From an uncultured Chloroflexota bacterium (GTDB taxonomy: Bacteria > Chloroflexota > Dehalococcoidia > Lucifugimonadales > GCA-002694895): a stretch of DNA of 64,000 nucleotides. The stretch's first letter is position 1. Each line of letters opens with the position of its first letter. The stretch is taken from positions 29,660-93,659 of the forward strand of contig CAJWSY010000001.1 of assembly GCA_913045935.1 (NCBI GenBank). Reading direction: 5' to 3'. Below the pieces are notes generated by a model. That model saw only the letters and a program-made list of their open reading frames with translations, was not told the DNA's origin and searched no databases. Shown one piece after another: positions 18,712 to 28,122 of the stretch. The position numbers were made by a program, and so were the translations under genes.

Positions 18712-19971
18712 ATGATAAATATAGATCTACTAAGAACTAACGATAACAAAACAATCATATCTCTAACTAATAGAAATGTTGACAAATCTGAACTTGATAA
18801 AATCACAAAATTTGATGCAAAAAGACGAAAATTAATAGAAAACATAGATTTATTAAGATCAAAAAGAAATACTACTTCTAAAGAATTAAGCAAAATGAAA
18901 GACAAACCTCAAAATGTTATTGATGAGATGAGACTGCTTGGCAAAGATATAAAAGAAAAAGAAAAAGATTTGTCACAAATCAGTGAACAGTTAAACTCTT
19001 TACTACTAACAATCCCGAATATTCCTGCAAAAGATGTCCCTATAGGAGAAAATGAAGATTTAAATAAAATTATTTATTCAGAAAAATATGAAACAAATGA
19101 TAATTTCAATCCTCTACCTCATTGGGATATAGGCACAAAGCTAGATTTGATTGACTTTGAAAGAGGTACAAAATTATCAGGATCAAGATTTTATATTCTA
19201 AAAAATAAAGCAGCTCAATTGCAAAGAGCCTTAACTAATTGGATGCTTGATAATCATTTAAACAATGATTATCAAGAACACTACCTCCCCAACCTAGTAA
19301 AAGAATCAGTAGTGCGAGGCGCAGGACAATTGCCAAAATTTAAAGACACAATGTTTAGCGATCAAGAATCAGAATTATGGCTAATACCTACAGCAGAAGT
19401 TCCCATAACTAATATTTATGCTAATGAGATAATAACATCAGATCAATTGCCAATAAAAATTGTTGCACAAACTTCATGTTTTAGAAATGAAAAAGCTGCG
19501 GCCGGGAAAGATACAAGGGGAATTAAAAGAGTGCATCAATTTGAAAAAGTTGAATTGTATCAGTTTGTTGAACCTGAAAAATCTGAAGATGCACTAGATT
19601 CTATGCTGAATGCATGCGTAGATCTTTGTAAAAAATTAGGGCTTACGTACAGAATCAAACTTTTATGTACTGGCGACTTAGGATTTTGTTCAAATAAAAC
19701 CTACGATATAGAAGTTTGGTCGCCTGGCTCTCAAGAATGGCTTGAGGTTAGCTCTGTTTCAAATTGTACCGATTTTCAAAGTAGAAGATCAAATACGAAA
19801 TTTAAAAAAAATCCAAAGTCTAAAACAGAATACTTGCACACCTTAAATGGATCAGGTCTAGCTCTTCCAAGGATAATAATTGCAATATTAGAAACATATC
19901 AAAATGAAGATTTGAGTATAGATATCCCTGAAACTTTATGGGATTATACTAAATTCAAAAAAATATCTTAA
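18712..19971 (+). CDS. serS: Serine--tRNA ligase
   Basis: N-terminal coiled coil, LIPTAEVP, CFRNE, RVHQFEKVE, EVSSVSNC, TLNGSGLA. Confidence 0.97.
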   Translation: MINIDLLRTNDNKTIISLTNRNVDKSELDKITKFDAKRRKLIENIDLLRSKRNTTSKELSKMKDKPQNVIDEMRLLGKDIKEKEKDLSQISEQLNSLLLTIPNIPAKDVPIGENEDLNKIIYSEKYETNDNFNPLPHWDIGTKLDLIDFERGTKLSGSRFYILKNKAAQLQRALTNWMLDNHLNNDYQEHYLPNLVKESVVRGAGQLPKFKDTMFSDQESELWLIPTAEVPITNIYANEIITSDQLPIKIVAQTSCFRNEKAAAGKDTRGIKRVHQFEKVELYQFVEPEKSEDALDSMLNACVDLCKKLGLTYRIKLLCTGDLGFCSNKTYDIEVWSPGSQEWLEVSSVSNCTDFQSRRSNTKFKKNPKSKTEYLHTLNGSGLALPRIIIAILETYQNEDLSIDIPETLWDYTKFKKIS

Positions 19972-19977
19972 AATTTT

Positions 19978-21522
19978 CTATGAATACATTTCCCTAAGAT
20001 CTTTCTTTAGAATTTTGCCCATTGAATTTCTTGGTAATTTGTCTACAAATATTATTTGTTCGGGACGTTTGTAGCCTGACAACTTATCTTTACAAAAATC
20101 AAATATTACATTTTTATCAACAAGATCTCCATCTTTCAATACAATAACAGCTACTACTACTTCACCCCATTGCTCATCAGGCAATCCTATTACAGCAACT
20201 TCAGATATATTTTTATGTCCATATATTATTTGTTCGATTTCTTCAGGAGAAATCATCTCTCCGCCTCTTTTAATAAAATCTTTGGCTCTACCTGAAAGAA
20301 AAATATACCCAGCATCATCAATATATCCTAGATCTCCTGTATATAGCCATCCATTTATCAAAACAGAATTAGTTTCTTTTTCATTGTTCCAATAACCTGT
20401 CATAATTCTATCTCCCTTTGCTATTATTTCGCCTATAACAAAAGAATCTACTTCTTCAGAATTATCATCAACTATTTTAACTTCCACATCAGGAAGTGGT
20501 TTGCCTATAGAGGTAAGTCTTTTTAATTTTAATTCTTTTTCTTTTTCTGTTCCAAATATTTTATGATCATCCGGTCCTAAAGAAGTTATTGTTGCTGCTG
20601 TCTCTGTTTGACCAAATGCATTAATAAAATTTGTTCCAGGAAATTTTGAAATTGCTTCTTCTAATACACTGATAGGCATAGGTGCAGCTCCGTAAGTTAT
20701 AACGTCTAGTGATTGATAATTATAATTTGTAAATTCGGGGCTATCTATAATTTGTTTTAACATAGTTGGAACAAGCATAACTCGATTAACGTTGAATTTT
20801 TCTACTGACTTCATCCATTCGACAGCTTCAAATTGGTCCTGGATAACCGTAGTTCGGGCTGAGTAAATCCCAGAGATTAAAGTTTGAATTCCCGCAACAT
20901 GATATAGCGGAACGGAAAGTAAATTTACTTCATTAAATTCAGGATCTGGAGGATTAAGATTATTTAAAGCAAAATCACAAAAACTGGAATGATTAAGTAT
21001 AACGGCTTTTGGTGTACTAGTTGTACCTGCAGTATAAACTAACAAGGCTAAAGAATTATTATTATCGCTTTCTATCAAAGAGTTATATGTATTATCTAAA
21101 TTATTAATACCTAACCAAGGATCAGAAAATTCATCATCAATACTTACACAAATAGGTTTGCAATTAGACTTTGATATAGCAGAATCAATCAAATCATGGT
21201 AACGAGTACCGGCAAATATTATATTTGGATTGCTATCATTTAACATAAATTCTAATTCTTCAGCCTTTGATCTATAATTTATAGGAACCACCACAGCTCC
21301 AATATTGCATGCAGCAAAAACAATTTTTACCCAATCAACAGTATTAGTATGAAAATAAAAAATTCTATCCCCATTTTTCACTCCAAGATTCAGTAATATA
21401 TTTGAAAAGCTTAAGACCTCAGTTTGCAATTCACCAAATGTTAGCGAATTGTTTTTATATATAAATCCTTTTCGTTCAGGACAAATTGATGCTGATATTT
21501 CTAATAAATCATTTATGTTCAA
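19978..21522 (-). CDS. Acyl-CoA synthetase (AMP-forming, long-chain fatty acid-CoA ligase family)
   Basis: YTAGTTSTPK, AFGQTE, WLYTGDLG, LPRNSMGKILK. Confidence 0.9.
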   Translation of the reverse strand: MNINDLLEISASICPERKGFIYKNNSLTFGELQTEVLSFSNILLNLGVKNGDRIFYFHTNTVDWVKIVFAACNIGAVVVPINYRSKAEELEFMLNDSNPNIIFAGTRYHDLIDSAISKSNCKPICVSIDDEFSDPWLGINNLDNTYNSLIESDNNNSLALLVYTAGTTSTPKAVILNHSSFCDFALNNLNPPDPEFNEVNLLSVPLYHVAGIQTLISGIYSARTTVIQDQFEAVEWMKSVEKFNVNRVMLVPTMLKQIIDSPEFTNYNYQSLDVITYGAAPMPISVLEEAISKFPGTNFINAFGQTETAATITSLGPDDHKIFGTEKEKELKLKRLTSIGKPLPDVEVKIVDDNSEEVDSFVIGEIIAKGDRIMTGYWNNEKETNSVLINGWLYTGDLGYIDDAGYIFLSGRAKDFIKRGGEMISPEEIEQIIYGHKNISEVAVIGLPDEQWGEVVVAVIVLKDGDLVDKNVIFDFCKDKLSGYKRPEQIIFVDKLPRNSMGKILKKDLREMYS

Positions 21523-21530
21523 TTATTCAC

Positions 21531-22241
21531 CTAGTTTACTTCTGAATATATTTTTTCAAGTTGCTCTGATAAAAATATATTTTCATCTGAGCTAACTCGT
21601 AATAAATTTTTTACATTTTTTATTCTATTTAATTCAATATTTTCTATATTTTGGCTAAATTCATCAACTTTTTTCAACAGTAAATCGTAGTCATGAGAAT
21701 GAAAATTTACTATTCCATAATCATAAGCTTTATAAACATCTACAGGTTGAGCAAATAATAGTATTTCTTTTGCAACAGATATGGATGTTTTTTTCAATAA
21801 TGTCTGAGTGCCTCCAGAAATAGGAGTAATAGATAATTCAACTTCTGGCATCTTAAATATTGTACTTTGGTGAGAAAAAACAAAATCCGATAACAATACG
21901 ATTTCAAATCCTGATCCAACCACCCATCCTTGTGTGATACAAATTATAGGTTTGTTAAAATTATACAAATCTTTCCATAGTGTGTTTTCCTTTGATATCA
22001 AATTAGATTCTATGATAGAGGGATAACTATTAAATTCTGACAAATCCGCTCCAACACAAAAATTGTTAGACTCAGATTTTATAACTACAATTTTAATATC
22101 ATTATCTAAATTGCAAGCATTAAGGATTTCTGAAAATTCGTATCTCATTTCTATGCTAAGTGCGTTGTTTTTTTTAGGATTATTAAAAATAATATTTCCA
22201 ACATTTTTAACTTTATTGAATTTCATATATTTCCAATACAT
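21531..22241 (-). CDS. Enoyl-CoA hydratase/isomerase family protein
   Basis: FCVGADL, GSGFE, FKMPE (both catalytic Glu positions present). Confidence 0.85.
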   Translation of the reverse strand: MYWKYMKFNKVKNVGNIIFNNPKKNNALSIEMRYEFSEILNACNLDNDIKIVVIKSESNNFCVGADLSEFNSYPSIIESNLISKENTLWKDLYNFNKPIICITQGWVVGSGFEIVLLSDFVFSHQSTIFKMPEVELSITPISGGTQTLLKKTSISVAKEILLFAQPVDVYKAYDYGIVNFHSHDYDLLLKKVDEFSQNIENIELNRIKNVKNLLRVSSDENIFLSEQLEKIYSEVN

Positions 22242-22982
22242 TTATTCACCTAAGTATGGTTTACGTTTTTTTCTATTTTTAAATGCATTAATAGATTGTT
22301 TTCGATCGTGGCTATTTAAAAGGATAGAATATAAATCATTTTCGCTATTCATCCCTTGCATGGTATTAGTACTCAAATTAAAGTTAATTGCATTTTTTGT
22401 AAATTGCATAGCCAAAGGTGAATTCTTAGATAAATTCAATAATTTTTCATCTAATGTTAAATTAAGATTACTATCTTCAACTAATTCATTAATTAAACCA
22501 ATTTTTAATGCAGCTTTGCTATCGTATGTTTTACCAAACATAATCATTTGTTTAGCTTGATTTAAACCAATAATTCTTGGAAGTAATCTTGTTGCGCCAT
22601 CAAATTGCATGTTGTAATCATACATCTGAGACATTCTGAAAAATGAATTAACTCCAGCTATTCTATAATCCATAGGTAACGTTAACTCTAATAATCTATT
22701 GGACACATCTCCATTTATTAAACCAATAACAGGTTTTTTTATATTGATAATTAAATTAGTTAAACTAAAATTATCTATTAATTCTCTAGAATCTAAATTT
22801 AAAATTTGTTTTACATTAGTCAAATCAAATCCTACAACCCAAATATTTTTATCAGTGTTAATTTCAGTAATAATAGACTGTAAATTGTGATGTATTAATT
22901 CTGGAGAAAATTCTTCATCATTTATTGTAATCACAATATAATTATCTTTGTTTTTAATAGATATTTGTTCTTTATCATTCAT
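22242..22982 (-). CDS. Divergent enoyl-CoA hydratase/isomerase family protein
   Basis: KPVIGLING, LPRIIG, ALKIGLINELV; oxyanion motif and second Glu degenerate. Confidence 0.78.
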   Translation of the reverse strand: MNDKEQISIKNKDNYIVITINDEEFSPELIHHNLQSIITEINTDKNIWVVGFDLTNVKQILNLDSRELIDNFSLTNLIINIKKPVIGLINGDVSNRLLELTLPMDYRIAGVNSFFRMSQMYDYNMQFDGATRLLPRIIGLNQAKQMIMFGKTYDSKAALKIGLINELVEDSNLNLTLDEKLLNLSKNSPLAMQFTKNAINFNLSTNTMQGMNSENDLYSILLNSHDRKQSINAFKNRKKRKPYLGE

Positions 22983-23820
22983 GTTTAATTATATTCAACC
23001 TATTTGTTACATATTCAATAGAAGGTATGCCATTAATACCTAAATTTTCCACAACAAAACTTGCTGCGCAATTGGCAATATTTACTGCAAATTCAATGCT
23101 CTTAGTCTTATAATAATAAACTAACAAATATAAAGCAAAAATATCGCCTGCACCCGTAGGATCCAATACCCTGTTTGGTGTATAGGAATTGAATTTTGCA
23201 GATTTATTGTAATCAGAGTATATTTTAGCCCCTCTTTCCGATAAAGTAACTGCAATATATTTTACGTAATTAAATAAATATTTTTTATCCATATAATCAT
23301 CTTCTTCTTCAGAATATGAAATCAAATCTATATCATGAAAATTTTCATTTAATGAAATCTTTTTTAAACAAATTTCCGATTTTTTATTCAGATGTCTTGT
23401 AAGCCCTTGGGGGGATAATAAAGAAATTTCATAATCAAAATTGTTTCTTACGTTTAAATCTAATTCATTGAAAATCGGTGCGATCATTAGCATTTTAGTT
23501 TTTATTTTACTTGTCAAATTTAGATTAATTTTCTTTGTATAATTCTTGATAATTCCCTTCCTGATTTTTTTTTCGTAATTCCATACAAACTCTGTGTTGC
23601 TTTCACTATTTACACAATAAATATCTAATTGATCATGATTTGGCAAATCTAATTCAGAAATTGAATGATTACTTATTATCAATGTTTTCAACCCCATCAT
23701 TGCTGATCCTATTCCAGCGTAAATACTAGAACCTCCAACATTAAAAGTTGAATTGTATTCAAAAAAATCTTTAGTTATATTACCTACTATAACAACATCA
23801 TATGAATTTCGAAAAATCAA
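22975..23820 (-). CDS. PfkB family carbohydrate kinase
   Basis: VGNITKD, VGGS, DPTGAGDIF. Confidence 0.85.
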   Translation of the reverse strand: MIFRNSYDVVIVGNITKDFFEYNSTFNVGGSSIYAGIGSAMMGLKTLIISNHSISELDLPNHDQLDIYCVNSESNTEFVWNYEKKIRKGIIKNYTKKINLNLTSKIKTKMLMIAPIFNELDLNVRNNFDYEISLLSPQGLTRHLNKKSEICLKKISLNENFHDIDLISYSEEEDDYMDKKYLFNYVKYIAVTLSERGAKIYSDYNKSAKFNSYTPNRVLDPTGAGDIFALYLLVYYYKTKSIEFAVNIANCAASFVVENLGINGIPSIEYVTNRLNIIKHE

Positions 23821-23835
23821 ATTACGTAAAAACTT

Positions 23836-24474
23836 TTATTTTAATTTCAAAACAACGTGTCTATCTCTACCGTAATCCTCACTCTCAGACACTATTTTTT
23901 TGTGATCAGAAAAATATCTATGGACATATCTTCTGTCAAAAGAAGGCATTGGATCGAGAGCAACTTTCTTTTTTGTTTTCAAAACTTTAGATTCCATTTT
24001 TTTTGATAATTGAAACAAATTATTTAGTTTTTTTTCAATATAACCCTCAACATCTAATGAAACTAATTGGTCTCTTTTGTTTAATTTTTTTTGAATCATC
24101 AAGTTTGTCAAATACTGCAAGGATCTCAATGTTTCTCCTCGTCTACCAATAATTAATGCAGCATCTTCTCCATCTAGAGATATTATTGAATCAGATATTT
24201 TATCATTATTAATTAATTTGGTTGTAATGGTCATATCTGATTCTAAAAATCCTAATATATTTCTTAGAATTTCATAAGCAATTTGAATATTTTCGGAAAC
24301 ATCTGATTTTTTTTCAACTTTAACTTTTGCTTCCTCGTTACCAAACCCTAATAGTCCACTTTTACCTCTACTAATAACTTTAATTTCTACTTCTTCTCTG
24401 CTTGCGTTTAGTTCTACTAGTGCGATGTCTATTGCTTCTTCTATTGTTTTTCCTGTTGTTTCTATCACTCTCAT
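23836..24474 (-). CDS. khpB: RNA-binding protein Jag/KhpB (EloR)
   Basis: Jag_N GKTIEEAI; KH IIGRRGETLRSLQ; R3H DRRYVH; ATG 24474 has GAGG SD. Confidence 0.93.
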   Translation of the reverse strand: MRVIETTGKTIEEAIDIALVELNASREEVEIKVISRGKSGLLGFGNEEAKVKVEKKSDVSENIQIAYEILRNILGFLESDMTITTKLINNDKISDSIISLDGEDAALIIGRRGETLRSLQYLTNLMIQKKLNKRDQLVSLDVEGYIEKKLNNLFQLSKKMESKVLKTKKKVALDPMPSFDRRYVHRYFSDHKKIVSESEDYGRDRHVVLKLK

Positions 24475-25303
24475 TTTCGTCCTCAACTTGAATAATTTTA
24501 TTATCTTCAATTTCATTTTCTAAATCTTTATCTTCATCGATCAATTTTGAATTCAAATTAAAAAGATTCTGAATTTTTCCAGTTATGATCAACTGAATAA
24601 CTGTACCAATAACATTTGATATTAACCAATATAATGCCAAACCACTTGGAAAGCTCAGCGTGAAGTATCCAAGTAATATAGGCATAAACCATAACATCAT
24701 TCTATTAGTAGATTTTTGCCTTTCATCTATTGCAGGTGTGGCTGTGGTTTTTTGCATAAAAAATGTAGATGCTCCAACTAATAACGGTAAAAATATTTTT
24801 GTGTATATATCTGCTGATCCAACAATGATTTCCAAATTTAGCCATAAAAATTGACCGTCAATAGGAATAGCTTGATTTATCAATGGAATAAATCCATAAA
24901 TCGAATCATATAATTGGCTTAAGTTTTCTGGATTAGAAGGTAATGTGATATACAACGCCTGGTACAATCCAATAAAAATGGGCATTTGAATTACTAGTGG
25001 ACCTAAACAACCAACAGGATTTATTCCTTGTTGCCTGTAGATATTCATAGTCTCTTGAGATATTCTTTGTCTATCATCCTTGTATTTTTCTTGTATTGCT
25101 TTTATTTTAGGTTGTATAAGAGACATAGCTTTCATTTGACGAGTTTGTCTAATTGATAAAGGAAACATAGCCATCCTAATAAGTACAGTAAAAGATATAA
25201 TGCTTAATCCAAAGCTATTTCCAAGTAATATATAAAGCAAGATCAAACTATTGACCATTGGTCTAATAAAAACTAAATTCCATATGTCTGCAAATATTTC
25301 CAT
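24380..25303 (-). CDS. yidC: Membrane protein insertase YidC
   Basis: SIISFTVLIR, NPVGCLGPLVIQMPIFIGLY, PSGLALYW; short monoderm type with basic tail. Confidence 0.95.
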   Translation of the reverse strand: MEIFADIWNLVFIRPMVNSLILLYILLGNSFGLSIISFTVLIRMAMFPLSIRQTRQMKAMSLIQPKIKAIQEKYKDDRQRISQETMNIYRQQGINPVGCLGPLVIQMPIFIGLYQALYITLPSNPENLSQLYDSIYGFIPLINQAIPIDGQFLWLNLEIIVGSADIYTKIFLPLLVGASTFFMQKTTATPAIDERQKSTNRMMLWFMPILLGYFTLSFPSGLALYWLISNVIGTVIQLIITGKIQNLFNLNSKLIDEDKDLENEIEDNKIIQVEDENESDRNNRKNNRRSNRHRTSRTKRKQRRSRN

Positions 25304-25318
25304 AACTATCCTAAATAA

Positions 25319-26494
25319 TTAACAAGAAGGGTCCCAATCCTCTTCATTTCTATCATCATTTTCTCGTGTAAAAAATGGTTTCTGCCATAATTCATCAGGA
25401 TTACCATTCTTTTTTATGTTAAAACCTCTCAAAGATCCATCAGATACTTGAATAAATATGTTATTCTCATGAACTTCAATAGAAGAGTAAATCTTTTTAT
25501 CAATATTACAAGTTCCTAATTTTCTTTTTGAATCTTTGTGAATGACTAATAATTCTCCATTTTTTGTTACAAAAATCAAAAAATCGTCGATTACCACTGG
25601 AGATGAGACTATTGGACTTTTTGTCTCGTATTTCCATTTAATTTGTCCAGTATTTTTATTCAAAGCATATATACTTCCGTCTAAATTTGGAGCGTAAACT
25701 ATATCTGTATTTATTACTGGAGCAGTCCAAAACCAACCTTTTGAATCATCAAACTCCCATATCAAATTACCGTTTTTAGCATTTATCGAATAAAATTTTC
25801 TATTTAAAGTACCAAAGTAAATTTGATTATTTTCTAATATCGGAGAACCAACTATACTAGATTTGGTATCAAATTCCCAATTAAGATTGCATTGATTGTT
25901 GATGGAGTACATATTACCATCCATAGAACCAAAAATAATTTGTTGATTTAGCTCATCATATACAGGAGTATTCCAAATTGCTTCCTCAGCTTGATATGAG
26001 CATACAGGATCAAACATCTCTAATTTGTTATATTTAAATATTAACAATTCCCCATTTGATGCCGGTACATATATTAAATCTTCGTGAGAAACAATATTTC
26101 CGACTATCATGGGGCCATAATTTTCTTCAGATAATAATACCTTCTCTTCTATATCTTGCAAGGATACTTCATCTAATCCTGTTTGTTTATTAAATCCTAA
26201 TATTTTACCTGCAGATGTGCCGATAAAAGTTTTGTTATCATAAATAAAAGGTTTAGAATAAATCGCTTTTGCAACAAACCTTCTGTCTTCGTCGTCTAAA
26301 GAAACTGCTCTCCAATTCTCACTGCCGCTATCTATGTTTACTGAAATCAACTCTCCATCAATAGTTGCAACATATACATTTCCTTCATCAACTAAAGGTG
26401 TTGACCAGCCTGAACCCTGAAATCTGTCAGCTGTACAAGCAACAAAGCTCAAAATAACAAATGCAGATGTAATTATTCTCTTAATATTACTCAT
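25319..26494 (-). CDS. PQQ-like beta-propeller repeat lipoprotein (BamB-like)
   Basis: Lipobox-like SFVA|C; repeated blades such as DGSIYALNKNTGQIKWKY. Confidence 0.85.
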   Translation of the reverse strand: MSNIKRIITSAFVILSFVACTADRFQGSGWSTPLVDEGNVYVATIDGELISVNIDSGSENWRAVSLDDEDRRFVAKAIYSKPFIYDNKTFIGTSAGKILGFNKQTGLDEVSLQDIEEKVLLSEENYGPMIVGNIVSHEDLIYVPASNGELLIFKYNKLEMFDPVCSYQAEEAIWNTPVYDELNQQIIFGSMDGNMYSINNQCNLNWEFDTKSSIVGSPILENNQIYFGTLNRKFYSINAKNGNLIWEFDDSKGWFWTAPVINTDIVYAPNLDGSIYALNKNTGQIKWKYETKSPIVSSPVVIDDFLIFVTKNGELLVIHKDSKRKLGTCNIDKKIYSSIEVHENNIFIQVSDGSLRGFNIKKNGNPDELWQKPFFTRENDDRNEEDWDPSC

Positions 26495-26700
26495 TTTACT
26501 GGATCGTACTCCCTACTATTAAATGGATTACATTTAATTAATCTTTTAACAACAAGAAAGGATGCCTTTAAAAAATTATGTCTATTTAAGGCATCAATTG
26601 CATACTGGGAGCAAGTTGGTAAATACCTGCATGAACTAGGCAAATACTGAGATATAGCCTGTTGGTAAAACTTTATTATTAATATTGATATAGATTTCAT
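26491..26700 (-). CDS. yidD: Membrane protein insertion efficiency factor YidD
   Basis: CRYLPTCSQYA, RLIKCNPF, YDPV. Confidence 0.93.
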   Translation of the reverse strand: MKSISILIIKFYQQAISQYLPSSCRYLPTCSQYAIDALNRHNFLKASFLVVKRLIKCNPFNSREYDPVK

Positions 26701-26716
26701 TTGTTTTATTAGTCTT

Positions 26717-27061
26717 TCATCTAGAGGTTAATCCTGCGCTTGTTAATAAACGATTTAACTCTTCTTCGATTATACTAAACTTGGATTCCTTTGATTTTTT
26801 TCTTGCCATAATTACTATATCGTTACCATAGATGATATTAGCATTACGGATAATAGACCTTATTCTCCTCGTTATTTTATTTCTTTGTACGGAATTACCG
26901 TAATTTTTTACTGAAGATATCCCTACTCGAGTATACTTTTGACTATTTTTAACATATATGAGTATCAGATTATCAGATATTTTTTTCTTACCTGAAGACC
27001 AAACTAGTCTAAAATCAGTATTTTTTTTTAATCTTATTATTTGATTGTCATAGCCAATCAT
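26717..27061 (-). CDS. rnpA: Ribonuclease P protein component
   Basis: RLKKNTDF, RVGIS, GNSVQRNKITRRIR; position after rpmH. Confidence 0.92.
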   Translation of the reverse strand: MIGYDNQIIRLKKNTDFRLVWSSGKKKISDNLILIYVKNSQKYTRVGISSVKNYGNSVQRNKITRRIRSIIRNANIIYGNDIVIMARKKSKESKFSIIEEELNRLLTSAGLTSR

Positions 27062-27078
27062 AAAATTCTCATGTTAAA

Positions 27079-27216
27079 TTAAGGTGACAATCTTGATCGT
27101 GATTTTGCCATCCTTCTCTTCAATACATTACGTCCAGATTTAGTTCGCATACGCGATCTAAATCCATGCACTCGGGCTCTTCTTCTTTTTTTAGGTTGAT
27201 ATGTTCTTTTTGCCAT
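27079..27216 (-). CDS. rpmH: 50S ribosomal protein L34
   Basis: Manual translation [45 protein letters not shown] (45 aa, below ORF-track cutoff). Confidence 0.96.
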   Translation of the reverse strand: MAKRTYQPKKRRRARVHGFRSRMRTKSGRNVLKRRMAKSRSRLSP

Positions 27217-27316
27217 AGTTTTATTTGCGAAAAAAGGATTATATAAATCTTTACAATGATGGTCAATCTTATTTTACCTTCATAAATGTAAGATTAAAAC
27301 AACTTATATACAAATA

Positions 27317-28021
27317 TTAATCAAAATATTCTTTTTGAATTGAAATTATATCTTTAATTGCTGATTCTGCCATTTCAGTAGCTTCTATTAATTGAGTTTT
27401 ACTAAATGTCCCACTTTCTCCTGTCCCCTGAACCTCTATAATATTACCCATATCATCCATAACAAAATTAAAATCAACGCTAGCTTGAAAATCTTCCTCG
27501 TAATTCAAATCTAATATAATTTCATTGTTTACTATTCCTACACTGATCGCAGCTATCAAATTAAAATTAATATTATTTGTTAAAACATTAGAACTCTGTA
27601 GTTTTGTTATTGAATTTCTAAGTGCAATAACACTTCCAATAATGGAAGCCGTTCTTGTCCCTCCGTCAGCATTCAAAACATCACAATCAACTAAAAGTGA
27701 ATTTTCTCCAATTTGATTTAAATCCACCACAGCCCTTAGGCTCCTTCCAATCAATCTTTGAATTTCTTTACTTCTACCACTGTTTGTATTATTTCTGCTA
27801 ACTCTTGAATTTGTTGATCCGGGCATCATAGAATATTCTGCAGTAATCCATCCTTGACCTGTACCTTTCAGAAAATGAGGAACTTTATTTTCAAATCTTA
27901 CGGCACAAACAACTTGCGTATTTCCCAAACTAATCAAACAAGAACCGTCTGATTGATATTGAATATTATTTTCAATCGAAATTTTTCTAAGTTCATTATT
28001 TTTTCTATTATCAATTCTCAT
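27317..28021 (-). CDS. rph: Ribonuclease PH
   Basis: GWITAEYSMMP, RSKEIQRLIGRSLR, DCDVLNADGGTRTASI; ATG 28021 preferred. Confidence 0.95.
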   Translation of the reverse strand: MRIDNRKNNELRKISIENNIQYQSDGSCLISLGNTQVVCAVRFENKVPHFLKGTGQGWITAEYSMMPGSTNSRVSRNNTNSGRSKEIQRLIGRSLRAVVDLNQIGENSLLVDCDVLNADGGTRTASIIGSVIALRNSITKLQSSNVLTNNINFNLIAAISVGIVNNEIILDLNYEEDFQASVDFNFVMDDMGNIIEVQGTGESGTFSKTQLIEATEMAESAIKDIISIQKEYFD

Positions 28022-28122
28022 CAATTCATCCTTAAATATAACTATCGAAACACATATAAATAAATAGTATCCTATGTGATAATTATATAGTAAAAACAAT
28101 ATATATATTTAAATATTTAATT

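Noticed and set aside
27217-27316. oriC/DnaA boxes upstream of rpmH
   Set aside because: Only a mismatched TTATATACA (27304-27312), expected by chance in AT-rich DNA.
28030-28122. AT palindromes between rph and lepA
   Set aside because: Pure A/T runs such as AATATATATATT; not distinguishable from background.
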